Source: Patescibacteria group bacterium (lineage in GTDB: Bacteria > Patescibacteriota > Saccharimonadia > Saccharimonadales > JAZKJC01). From it: 61,889 bases of DNA. A program made the position numbers and the translations under genes. The notes under the pieces are model-generated. The model saw only the letters and a list, made by a program, of their open reading frames with translations. It had not been told where the DNA came from and ran no database searches. Shown here piece by piece: positions 43,952 to 52,787 of this stretch (position 1 is its first letter; the number at the start of each line of letters is the position of its first letter). Location of the stretch: contig JAZKJC010000009.1 in assembly GCA_040384565.1 (NCBI GenBank), positions 1-61,889 of the forward strand, read 5' to 3'.

Positions 43952-44908
43952 TCAAGCTCTTTTTTGGTACATTCTCTGTTCCGTAAGTATTACAAATATC
44001 CTGTCAATCAGTTTGCGACTGGTAGCAATGTTGGCAACAGTAAAGGAACGACCCTCGGCTCGTTTCTTTTGGTAGTAGGCCATAAGGTCAGGATTCCAAC
44101 GACGAGCTAAGTTGGAGGCTAGGAATAGTGCACGGCGCAAGTCAGGTGAGCCACGCTTTGTTAGCTTGGTATTACGGTTTAGGGTTGTGCCGCTTTGTTT
44201 GACACGTGGATCCAGTCCAGCATAAGCCACAACTTGTTTTGGACTATGAAACCTAGTTATGTCACCTAGCTCAGCTAAGATACGAGTACCCAGTATCAGA
44301 CCAATACCAGGGATACTTGTGAGATAGCTGAGTTGGTCTGGATCAACCAAACCTTGAGCCTGCTGGTAGCAGGCAGCTGTTAATTGCTTAAATTGGTGGA
44401 TGACCGCGTCCATAGGTTCTTGAAGCGTGCCTACATTTGGGCTGTCAGTGGCTAGGTGGGCTACGTATGTCATTTGGTTGCCAATATGCTGGCCTTGTTG
44501 TTGGAAGCTAGTGGCCAGTCTGGTAAGGGCTTTGGCTGGTGACAACATAGCGGCTGTTACTAGTACACCTTCACCCTGCGCCACCAGACGAGCTACAGCA
44601 ACAGCATCATCCAGATCAGTCTTTCGACCTCGAATAGTACGCCAGGTGAACTGTTTGGTTGTAATGGGGTTAAGTAGGTAACACGGTAGCTAACGCTTCA
44701 GGCAAAGCCTAAGTAATAGCTGCTGGTAGTAACCGGTTGACTCACAGCCAACAACTAGTTTAGGGTGCTTAGCTTGCGTAGCAGTTAGTAGTTCTTCGAT
44801 GGTTTCTCGGGTATTAGCTAAGTGGTAGGTAGCTTGGGTCTTACGAGAACGGTTAATTAAAGCCGCGTCCAGATAGTCTTTGGCTACGTCAAATCCAAGA
44901 ACGATCAT
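43952..44908 (-). pseudogene. IS110 family transposase interrupted by one in-frame TAG
   Basis: ORFs 44690..44908 and 43952..44584 are in the same frame. Hand translation across the gap reads CLKR*LPCYLLNPITTKQFTWRTIRGRKTDLDDAVAVARL, the canonical IS110 NP...KTD..DA region. The C-terminal part contains IPGIG...YAGL.P...SG. Confidence 0.75.
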
Positions 44909-44933
44909 AGTGATCTCCTTTTGTTACAGTGGT

Positions 44934-44973
44934 AAAAAAGAAAGAAGAGAAAAGAGAAGAAAGAAGAAAGAAA
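44934..44973. repeat. 40-nt pure purine (A/G) tract with a 28-nt perfect mirror repeat
   Basis: AAAAAAGAAAGAAGAGAAAAGAGAAGAAAGAAGAAAGAAA. Mirror symmetry spans 44938-44965. Confidence 0.85.
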
Positions 44974-45184
44974 CTTGGAGATACACAAGGTCTCCCACCC
45001 GGTGCTAGACTAAACAGAGGCTGGTATTGTTATTGGCGCCTTCAAAAGCACAATCTAGCATTGCTGCCAGTCTAAGCCTGGGGAGACCAGACGCTTGCAG
45101 GGTGGGCATTATCCCAAAGCACAAGCTGCTGGCTCTCCTCTTTTAGTGTAAGTGAAAGCTCACCTACGTGAGTAAGATACCAGC

Positions 45185-46639
45185 ATGAGCTTTACGGTTG
45201 GCGACTTCGGTGATATGCTTATGGTAAGAATATATAAGGATAATCAAAACGTGTGTAAACTGATCGCAGAACTGACGGGTGTCGAGAAAGAAGTTACTCG
45301 AGACATTTTAGGACGGTTAGAAAAGCAGGCGGCTTTGCCGGGAGTTGATGTCCGTTTAACAGGGGAAATCTACGGCAAGGCTCATAGTAAAATGCGTGAG
45401 CTTGGGCTAGACTCGCGTGATACTACTCCCAGAGAGCTATACCAGGCACTTTATAATTTGACAGAGCTACATGATAATTTTCTGTCAAAACGGATTGGCG
45501 TAAAACACCCGGGAAGCGCAGCCGAGGTGGCTAGTGCCATAGAGCGTTATATAACCGAGTCAAAAATCCCAAGAGAAGTCCTGGCACTAAAACATACAAC
45601 ACTTAAAAAACTTCTTAAAAATACTCCACCCAAAAACCTTATGAAAGCTCTTCACTATCGATCACTAGAGTCTATGCTGAAGCGCGAATCGTCTGTAATG
45701 CTGCTAACAGTAGCTCGGCATTTTGAGCCAATTAAATGGCAAGAACGGTTTCTCCAATCTTACCGAAAACTAGAAACAAATGATTTTGAGATGCGAGAAA
45801 TTGAAGTCTTGCATTTAGCTGGTAGGCATTGGCAGTCGGTTGGCGACCAGTTTAGCCAATCCTGTCGAAATAATATTCTTCATGCCCCTGAAGCAGCCGG
45901 GATTGCATTACTACCGCTCAAGAGGTCACCTAGAACGGGATTAACATTAGCAGGTATGCTGCTGACACTCCATTACATCAACGAGATTAGGTCAATTAGC
46001 ACCTATTTTAAGTTTCATCATCTGCGTCCTGAGTTGGGCGTTCGTTTAGCCGAGCAGACAATGCAAAACAAACAAGATCACCTAAAAATTGCCGGTCAGC
46101 CGGTCCACTGGCGCATTATTCACCGATATTATGGTTCTAAAAACAAACTAAGCCATCCGGAAATGTTTGAACCACATGTTCAAGCCGAAGATCTGGCTTA
46201 TAGAAAGGCCGAGGAAGTCTTGTACCGGCTTGAACCGGCATTACATTTTTGGCATGAGCTGGATTACGTAGGTTTATCTATTGATGGCAAACCTTTGAGT
46301 TTTAACCTGACTGACATGGCGATGAATTTGGTGAATAGTTTGCCATATGAAAAGCGAGTTCACTATCATCTAGGCGAATCTGTCTGGAATGAGCTGTATC
46401 TCCGCTATACGTCTTTCCCGGCTGTCGAACAGGACATTCTAAGCAAACTAGAAGAAACATCTGCTGTCGAAAACCCCATATATATGGTTGGACTTCAACA
46501 AGAGCAAATAACCATAAAACCCAAAGATATTCTTGCCGACATGTTGTCGATAGATAGCCCCGCGTCACCTAGAACTAGACGGCCAGTAAAAAGGCGCGAC
46601 CCAACCAGCAAAGTGCTCGACATGGAATTTGTATGGTGA
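45185..46639 (+). CDS. hypothetical protein (orphan, 484 aa)
   Basis: Long ORF with no motif I recognise. Its stop overlaps the next start by 7 nt (ATGGTGA). The true start may be the ATG at 45215. Confidence 0.6.
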   Translation: MSFTVGDFGDMLMVRIYKDNQNVCKLIAELTGVEKEVTRDILGRLEKQAALPGVDVRLTGEIYGKAHSKMRELGLDSRDTTPRELYQALYNLTELHDNFLSKRIGVKHPGSAAEVASAIERYITESKIPREVLALKHTTLKKLLKNTPPKNLMKALHYRSLESMLKRESSVMLLTVARHFEPIKWQERFLQSYRKLETNDFEMREIEVLHLAGRHWQSVGDQFSQSCRNNILHAPEAAGIALLPLKRSPRTGLTLAGMLLTLHYINEIRSISTYFKFHHLRPELGVRLAEQTMQNKQDHLKIAGQPVHWRIIHRYYGSKNKLSHPEMFEPHVQAEDLAYRKAEEVLYRLEPALHFWHELDYVGLSIDGKPLSFNLTDMAMNLVNSLPYEKRVHYHLGESVWNELYLRYTSFPAVEQDILSKLEETSAVENPIYMVGLQQEQITIKPKDILADMLSIDSPASPRTRRPVKRRDPTSKVLDMEFVW

Positions 46640-47253
46640 AACAACTTCTGCAGTATTCTATTTGTGTATCCGGAGCGGCAGGTGGTGACTCTGTAGATGC
46701 AAGCAAAACGCTAGCCAAGCGTCTAGGTGCTGCCATTGCCCGCCGTGGTCATGTCACGACTACAGGGGCTACTGTTGGATTGCCTTTCTTTGCGGCGCAG
46801 GGCGCTAAAGAAGCGGGTGGAATGAGTATTGGTTTTTCGCCGGCTGTGAATGTTAGGGAGCATATGCGCAAATATCGCTTGCCCAGAGAGTATTTTGACT
46901 TTATCAATTACACAGGCATGCACTATGTTGGACGGGACACACACCTTATCCAATCCTCAGACGCAGTTATAACTGTAGGTGGCAGGTTTGGCAGTTTGCA
47001 TGAATTTGTGACAGCGCTAGAATCCCATAAACCATGTGGCATACTTATAAATAGCGAAGGTGTGGCTGACATTATTCCAGAGCTTATGAAAGTACTGGAG
47101 CCTCCACGAGAACACCAAGTGATTTATGATGAAAACCCCGAAAACTTAATAGAAAGAATTGTGAATATTCTAGACGAAGAATATGCTGACGTCAGGAAGC
47201 AGCTTGAGCGCAACGAGCACTGGTTCTTAAAAAACAGCAGACACCAGGGTTAA
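46633..47253 (+). CDS. SLOG/LOG-like Rossmann protein (TIGR00725-type)
   Basis: ICVSGAAGG..., TTGATVGLPFFAAQGAKEAGGMSIGFSP and SDAVITVGGRFGSLHEF match the LOG/DprA-like TIGR00725 pattern. Confidence 0.65.
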   Translation: MVKQLLQYSICVSGAAGGDSVDASKTLAKRLGAAIARRGHVTTTGATVGLPFFAAQGAKEAGGMSIGFSPAVNVREHMRKYRLPREYFDFINYTGMHYVGRDTHLIQSSDAVITVGGRFGSLHEFVTALESHKPCGILINSEGVADIIPELMKVLEPPREHQVIYDENPENLIERIVNILDEEYADVRKQLERNEHWFLKNSRHQG

Positions 47254-47282
47254 AACAATAAGCCAACTGATACAATAGGGCA

Positions 47283-49247
47283 GTGAGCAATTTTAAATTG
47301 AGATCAGATTATAAACCATTGGGTGACCAGCCTGCTGCCATTCACAGGCTGACAGAAAACTTAGAAAATAACGTTAAAGAGCAAACACTGCTGGGTGTGA
47401 CTGGATCTGGCAAGACTTTTACTATGGCCAATGTTATTCAGAACATTCAGAAGCCTACGCTTGTTCTCAGCCATAACAAAACTCTCGCTGCTCAGCTTTA
47501 TGGTGAGTTTAAAAGCTTCTTTCCGGATAACGCAGTGCATTACTTTGTTAGTTACTTTGATTATTATCAGCCGGAAGCCTATATTCCAAGAAGTGATACT
47601 TACATAGAAAAAGACAGTCAGATCAACGAAGAAATCGATCGTTTGCGACATGCCGCAACCGATGCGCTGCTTAGCCGCCGTGATGTAATTATTGTCGCAA
47701 GCGTGAGCTGTATATATGGTATTGGCTCGGTTGATGATTACAATTCCTTAGCCGTTACAGTTAAAAAAAACGAGCGACGGGTACGAGACAAGCTACTCAG
47801 GCAACTAACCGATATTCAGTATCAACGCAATGATCTGGACTTCCGGCGTGGTACCTTCCGGGTGCGTGGTGATGTTGTTGACGTGTTCCCAGCGGGCGAA
47901 GAGGTTGGCTATCGTATTGAACTTTTTGAAGATGAAATAGATAGAATTACCAGAGTTGATCCATTAACAGGGGAGATCCTCGCAAATTTAGACGAGTTGA
48001 AAGTCTTCCCTAGCAGCCACTATGTGACACCACAGGACAAACTTAAGGTTGCGCTGGTTCAAATTGAGACAGAGCTAGCGCAGCGGCTTAATTATTTCAG
48101 AAAACACGGAAAACTTTTAGAGGCTCAGAGACTGGAGCAACGTACCAGGTTTGATCTGGAAATGCTTGAAGAAACGGGCTTTGTTAAAGGAATCGAAAAC
48201 TATAGTCGATATCTAACGAACCGTGAGCCGGGCGAACAACCAGCTACGCTTTTAGATTACTTTTCAGATGATTTTCTAATGTTTGTAGACGAATCACACA
48301 TGACTATGCCGCAGTTGCGTGGCATGTACAACGGTGATCGTGCCCGCAAGGAAGTACTGGTAGAGCATGGTTTCCGCTTGCCAAGCGCATTGGATAATCG
48401 CCCACTCACATTTACGGAATTTGAAAAGCATGTCAATAAGCTGGTCTACGTCAGTGCCACTCCTGCTGACTACGAACTGTCGCGTAGTCCTGAGCCTGCC
48501 CAGCAGGTGATCCGGCCGACAGGGCTAATTGATCCACCCATAGACGTTAGGCCAATAGATGGGCAAATAGATGATCTTATTAGTGAAATCAAAGCAACCA
48601 TAGACAAACATCAGCGAGTATTAGTGACTACGCTAACGAAACGCATGTCCGAGGATTTGACAGAATATTTGCAAGAACTAAATATTAAAGTCACATACTT
48701 GCACAGCGATGTCGACACGCTTGATCGCACAGACATATTACGTGATTTGCGTTTAGGGGTTTATGACGTGGTGGTCGGTATTAACTTGCTTCGGGAAGGT
48801 TTGGACTTGCCAGAAGTAAGCCTAGTTGCGATTCTTGACGCCGATAAAGAAGGATTTCTAAGAAGCCAACAAGCGTTGACCCAGACTGTGGGGCGGGCCG
48901 CTCGCCATGTCGAGGGGCGCGTAATTATGTACGCGGATCGTGTTACGGGGAGTATGCAGCGGACAATTGACGAAACCATACGCAGACGTAAAATCCAGAC
49001 CGCATATAACGATAAACACAATATAACACCAGCAGGTATTTCTAAATCTATAGAAAAAGGCATGCGGCCTGATCTGCCCGAGGAAGCCAAGCGTGCTAAA
49101 CTTGATCTCAAAAAAATCCCCAAAGACGAATACGGCCATCTCATCCGCGACCTAACCTCCCAAATGGATCTAGCCAGCGCCAACCTAGAGTTTGAAAAAG
49201 CCGCTGAACTACGCGACATCATCGTTGATATAAAAGCTAAACTATAA
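47283..49247 (+). CDS. uvrB: excinuclease ABC subunit B
   Basis: GVTGSGKT Walker A, DESH box and a C-terminal UVR domain ([10 protein letters not shown]). GTG start. Confidence 0.9.
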   Translation: MSNFKLRSDYKPLGDQPAAIHRLTENLENNVKEQTLLGVTGSGKTFTMANVIQNIQKPTLVLSHNKTLAAQLYGEFKSFFPDNAVHYFVSYFDYYQPEAYIPRSDTYIEKDSQINEEIDRLRHAATDALLSRRDVIIVASVSCIYGIGSVDDYNSLAVTVKKNERRVRDKLLRQLTDIQYQRNDLDFRRGTFRVRGDVVDVFPAGEEVGYRIELFEDEIDRITRVDPLTGEILANLDELKVFPSSHYVTPQDKLKVALVQIETELAQRLNYFRKHGKLLEAQRLEQRTRFDLEMLEETGFVKGIENYSRYLTNREPGEQPATLLDYFSDDFLMFVDESHMTMPQLRGMYNGDRARKEVLVEHGFRLPSALDNRPLTFTEFEKHVNKLVYVSATPADYELSRSPEPAQQVIRPTGLIDPPIDVRPIDGQIDDLISEIKATIDKHQRVLVTTLTKRMSEDLTEYLQELNIKVTYLHSDVDTLDRTDILRDLRLGVYDVVVGINLLREGLDLPEVSLVAILDADKEGFLRSQQALTQTVGRAARHVEGRVIMYADRVTGSMQRTIDETIRRRKIQTAYNDKHNITPAGISKSIEKGMRPDLPEEAKRAKLDLKKIPKDEYGHLIRDLTSQMDLASANLEFEKAAELRDIIVDIKAKL

Positions 49248-49296
49248 ATTTTTTAAAAAAACATAAATGTGCTTTGCGACATGCTTGATAAAATCA

Positions 49297-49330
49297 TTCC
49301 CTAAAACTAGCATATGCTAGTTTTAGGGAA
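49297..49330. repeat. 34-bp perfect palindrome
   Basis: TTCCCTAAAACTAGCAT|ATGCTAGTTTTAGGGAA, located between uvrB and the ATPase gene. No T-run follows it. Confidence 0.8.
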
Positions 49331-49426
49331 CTGTTTAAGATAGTCATTAGCAAGTTATTATTAGGGTTCTGCGGCAGTTATTCAGCCTGGGGAAAACACC
49401 CGAAGAATAGAGTATAATACTAGGAA

Positions 49427-51460
49427 ATGGCTGATCTAAAACATCACGGTATGCTGCATTGGTATGAGGCGTATTTATTGAAAGACAAATATAACCGGGA
49501 TACTTGGCAAGGAATATTATTTGGCATTTCGCAGTATATTGGGCTACTGAAAAGCTGGAAGCTGGTGGTGCAGATAGAAAACAGCACGGTGCGGCTATAT
49601 GTCGGCACCAATAAAGACGTCGGCATGCTGTCTAACAATTTAGAAGGCATAGTTCTTCGTCCCATTAATGGTGAACTGGTCAAAATACCAACTAAAAATA
49701 CCACGGAGCGGTTTGTGCAGTATGTTGGCGGCGGCAATTTACTGGATCTGAAAGAAAAGTACCAGGTCAAACGGCGCAAAGAACTAGAGACCGCTATTTT
49801 TACTATAAGGTGTCTGAATGTGGAGAAATCTCATACGCGTATGCAACTGTACTTTAAAAATTCTGCCGAGCACTACAGCGTATCCTCTAAGCAACTTTTG
49901 ACATTGCCTAGTCACTTGCTGGCAGTTGATTTTGTGGCCAATACCAAATATTTACGCAAAAAACGTCCCAAATACCTGGATATACAAAAAGCGATGCATA
50001 TTTTGCAAAGTGCCAACATCAATGCTATCTTTGAAATAGATACTTTTCCGTATTTACCCCAGAACTATTTTTTACCATTACAAAGTTACGATTTTGAAAA
50101 ACATTCCTTCATAATTGGTGCCAGCGGCACTGGCAAATCCAAACTTATTACCCTATTAATTGACCGTTTGAGTAAAAGTGGGGTTAAGCAAAATTACCGA
50201 GTTATTGTAATTGATCCTCACGCGTCTTTGGCAGCAGATTTAATGCATTATGACAGCACAAAGGTGCTGGACTTTAAGGGCAATGATGAGGGCACTGAAC
50301 TATTTGGTGGCGCTGGTACGGATATTTCAGCGGCGACTGAACTAACTGGTACGTTGTTTAAGTCGCTTTTGGCCGACCAGCACAACGCCAAGCTGGAGCG
50401 TGTGCTTAGAATGAGCCTGTACGTCTTAATGACTTCACAAACCATGTCTTTGGGCATGCTTAAACGCTTTTTGACAGATATTGAGCTGCGCAATCAGATC
50501 CTGGAACATGTTCAAACGTTTGTCCCAGCAAATATAATCAGCTTTTTTGGAGCTGACTTCAACGAGCTACGAAACAAATATTATAACGAAGCTATTTCAC
50601 CGATTGTGTCGTTGGTTGACGAAATGCAGATGCAGCCGTCTCTGGCAAACACAAATGAAAATGCCGCCTCATTGGCACAGCTGATCAGCAATAATTTCCT
50701 GACGGTATTTTCACTTAATAAAGTCAGCATGGGCGAAAAAGTAGTAAAAACAGTAGCGGGTTTGTTGATTCAGCAGATATTCCTATTAGCGCAAGCCAAA
50801 GCATTCAATCAAAAAGTCATATTGATAATTGATGAAGTCTCGGTTATCCAGAACCCAGCTCTGGCATCCATTTTGGCCGAGGCGCGAAAATATAACCTGT
50901 TTGTTTTCCTGACCCAGCAATATTTTGGCCAGATTGAAAAACCACTCCAAGACGCGATTTTCACAAACGTTTTTAATTACTATGTTTTTAGGGTATCAGA
51001 AGAAGATGCTAGGGCACTGGAGGGTAACCTTACAATAGAAATTCCCAAAGAAATATTACTTTCAGAAAAGGCCAAAGGCATCAAGGAGACCGAAGTTCGC
51101 GTCAAAATGCTTATTAGTTTGAATGCTCGTGAATGTTTTTTACGCCTCAGTAATGAAGGACAGATTCTGCCGTGCATTAAAGCCAGGACAATTGATATTG
51201 AAGGTGCTGGTACTACCAGCACTAAAGTAGAGTTAAAGACATATGAACAAGCTCCGCAGCAGTTACCCTCGAAATTTGTGGAGAAAGCAGAAGATCGCCA
51301 TAGCACTTTGCCTGCAACGGGCACTAACACGCAATCGTTAACTCAGGGACAACATAGCCAGCAGCCATCAATGGGCGCATCGACGGTCAATGATCCACCA
51401 ATGAATTTACAGGATTTGCTTGCCTCGCAGTCATCTAGCCGCAAAAAAGTAAGAAAATAG
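49427..51460 (+). CDS. FtsK/HerA/VirD4-like P-loop ATPase
   Basis: Walker [12 protein letters not shown] (~50117) and Walker [10 protein letters not shown] (~50816). The ~220-aa N-terminal domain is unique and the C-terminal tail is S/T/Q-rich. Confidence 0.7.
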   Translation: MADLKHHGMLHWYEAYLLKDKYNRDTWQGILFGISQYIGLLKSWKLVVQIENSTVRLYVGTNKDVGMLSNNLEGIVLRPINGELVKIPTKNTTERFVQYVGGGNLLDLKEKYQVKRRKELETAIFTIRCLNVEKSHTRMQLYFKNSAEHYSVSSKQLLTLPSHLLAVDFVANTKYLRKKRPKYLDIQKAMHILQSANINAIFEIDTFPYLPQNYFLPLQSYDFEKHSFIIGASGTGKSKLITLLIDRLSKSGVKQNYRVIVIDPHASLAADLMHYDSTKVLDFKGNDEGTELFGGAGTDISAATELTGTLFKSLLADQHNAKLERVLRMSLYVLMTSQTMSLGMLKRFLTDIELRNQILEHVQTFVPANIISFFGADFNELRNKYYNEAISPIVSLVDEMQMQPSLANTNENAASLAQLISNNFLTVFSLNKVSMGEKVVKTVAGLLIQQIFLLAQAKAFNQKVILIIDEVSVIQNPALASILAEARKYNLFVFLTQQYFGQIEKPLQDAIFTNVFNYYVFRVSEEDARALEGNLTIEIPKEILLSEKAKGIKETEVRVKMLISLNARECFLRLSNEGQILPCIKARTIDIEGAGTTSTKVELKTYEQAPQQLPSKFVEKAEDRHSTLPATGTNTQSLTQGQHSQQPSMGASTVNDPPMNLQDLLASQSSSRKKVRK

Positions 51461-51467
51461 GAGAAAT

Positions 51468-52166
51468 ATGGACGCAACTAAAGCAAAAGAGATGTTAGAT
51501 AAAATTGTTGGGCAAGTGTTTGGCTATCAAAACCCATTTTCGCTTGAACAGTTTATGAACAAGTTTGCTTTTGATGTGCGCTTGCCGCAGCAGGTTTATG
51601 ATGCTACTACAAACCAAGCTACCTGGGCGCAGTCCACCAATCCTACTAAGTTTATTACTATGAAAAACGCGTGGGACAAAGCTGATGCTGGCGGCTGGGA
51701 GCTACCAAAACGTCCATTGGCCAGCATGCAGGATATATTGACGGCTTGGGCGGAAACAAATCTGATGGCTACTGAGCGTGAGATTGATTCATCTAATGTT
51801 GCTGAAAGCGATGACACCATTACGTCAGAAAACGTTTACAGATCCGTTTTTACAACTGGGTCACGTAACATAATTTTCAGTGATGGCATGGCTGATAGTG
51901 AATTTGTCGCGGCTAGCCAGCGTTCAAAATTATCTAGCTTTAGCATTCGGATTGATGACAGTAATAAGTGTTCTAATTCCTTTAACGTATCTTGGTCCAC
52001 GGGTATTACCAATTCGTTTTTTATCCAGGACTGTAAGGACATGCAGGATTCCATGTTTTGTTCTCACCTAGGCGGTAAGCGCTTTTACATTGCCAATATG
52101 CAGTTTGAGGAAGCCGAGTATATCAAGCTCAGAGACACTGTAATTCGTTGGATACTGACCGGCTAG
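51468..52166 (+). CDS. hypothetical protein coupled to the ATPase
   Basis: 232 aa. An AGGAGAA SD lies in the 7-nt gap after the ATPase stop. The C-terminal part is a repetitive Ser/Cys-containing segment (SNSFNVSWSTGITNSFFIQDCKDMQDSMFCSHLGGKRFYIANMQFEEAEY). Confidence 0.6.
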   Translation: MDATKAKEMLDKIVGQVFGYQNPFSLEQFMNKFAFDVRLPQQVYDATTNQATWAQSTNPTKFITMKNAWDKADAGGWELPKRPLASMQDILTAWAETNLMATEREIDSSNVAESDDTITSENVYRSVFTTGSRNIIFSDGMADSEFVAASQRSKLSSFSIRIDDSNKCSNSFNVSWSTGITNSFFIQDCKDMQDSMFCSHLGGKRFYIANMQFEEAEYIKLRDTVIRWILTG

Positions 52167-52332
52167 TACCACTTCTCGCCTGAGTCTTTGGCTGAATGAC
52201 CTCCAAGCAGCTGTGCCAGACGCTTCAGGCAGCTCCAGAGGCGTACCTGAACGGTACGAGGCTGGAGGGCATGAAGTGGCTGGTGCGGCTGCTTGGAGGT
52301 CAGACCTGAAGAAGCATGCGAGAAGGGGTACT
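52164..52332. repeat. 169-bp long imperfect hairpin with TAGTACC / GGGGTACT termini
   Basis: TAGTACCACTTCTCGC pairs with GCGAGAAGGGGTACT. Inner perfect 15-bp arms are TGACCTCCAAGCAGC / GCTGCTTGGAGGTCA. The element includes the preceding gene's TAG stop. Confidence 0.7.
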
Positions 52333-52354
52333 GAATCTGTTATACTTGTTGAAT

Positions 52355-52648
52355 ATGGCGCAACTTTCACACGACGATATATTGGTATTGGCTCGGCTGT
52401 CACGGCTGCATTTATCTGAGGACGAAGTCGAGCAGTTTAGGGTAGAAATTAGTGCTATTTTACAGTTTGTAGAGCAACTTCAAAACGTTGACCTTAGCGG
52501 CTTGGAACCGACTTATCAAGTTACCGGACTTACTAATGTTTTGCGGCCAGATGAAGTCAAAGATTATGGAATCAAGCCTGAAGATTTGCTCAAAAACGCG
52601 CCGGCTACAGAAAAAGGACAAATAAAGGTCCGAAGGGTTATGCAGTGA
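52355..52648 (+). CDS. gatC: Asp/Glu-tRNA amidotransferase subunit C
   Basis: 97 aa; LARLSRLHLSEDEVEQF...LQFVEQL is typical of GatC. ATG at 52355. Confidence 0.85.
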   Translation: MAQLSHDDILVLARLSRLHLSEDEVEQFRVEISAILQFVEQLQNVDLSGLEPTYQVTGLTNVLRPDEVKDYGIKPEDLLKNAPATEKGQIKVRRVMQ

Positions 52649-52651
52649 AAC

Positions 52652-52772
52652 AAATGCTCAATGCTCAATGCTCAAGTGTCAATGAATGGGCCAATAGTCA
52701 GTGTATTAATGCATTAAATCATTCAAGCATTTATTATTCATTGAATATTGAACATTGTAACTTTAGCATTGC
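52652..52772. repeat. ~120-bp AT-rich imperfect hairpin with three tandem AATGCTC copies
   Basis: AATGCTC occurs three times (52653-52673). The arm pairs with ...TTGAACATTGTAACTTTAGCATTGC. The central palindrome is TTAATGCATTAA. Confidence 0.5.
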
Positions 52773-52787
52773 TAGCGGAGTGTCCAA

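Larger units (their letters stand above)
43905..45140 (-). mobile_element. IS110 family insertion sequence (approximate borders)
   Basis: Contains the IS110-type transposase reading frame. Subterminal inverted similarity: AGCAGCT..TGCTTTG at 43912-43931 and its complement at 45113-45132. The borders are not proven. Confidence 0.65.

Noticed and set aside
44690-44692. TAG reassignment (an alternative genetic code) as the explanation for the in-frame stop in the transposase.
   Set aside because: TAG clearly terminates well-supported genes in the same window: pheS at 24950, the grx-like gene at 29902, the PfkB kinase at 43251 and the 51468 gene at 52164. A nonsense mutation or a sequencing error is far more likely.
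52068-52419. Track ORFs 52068..52403 (-) and 52213..52419 (+).
   Set aside because: They are mirror-image reading frames generated by the 169-bp palindrome. They are Ala/Arg/Pro-rich, lack an SD and overlap real genes at both ends.
52653-52673. Tandem short repeats (three AATGCTC copies here, two GTAGAACGTATAAC copies at 41206-41233) as possible CRISPR or VNTR arrays.
   Set aside because: The repeats are only 7-14 nt, directly abutting with no spacers, and form one arm of a hairpin. No CRISPR-like repeat-spacer periodicity occurs anywhere in the window.
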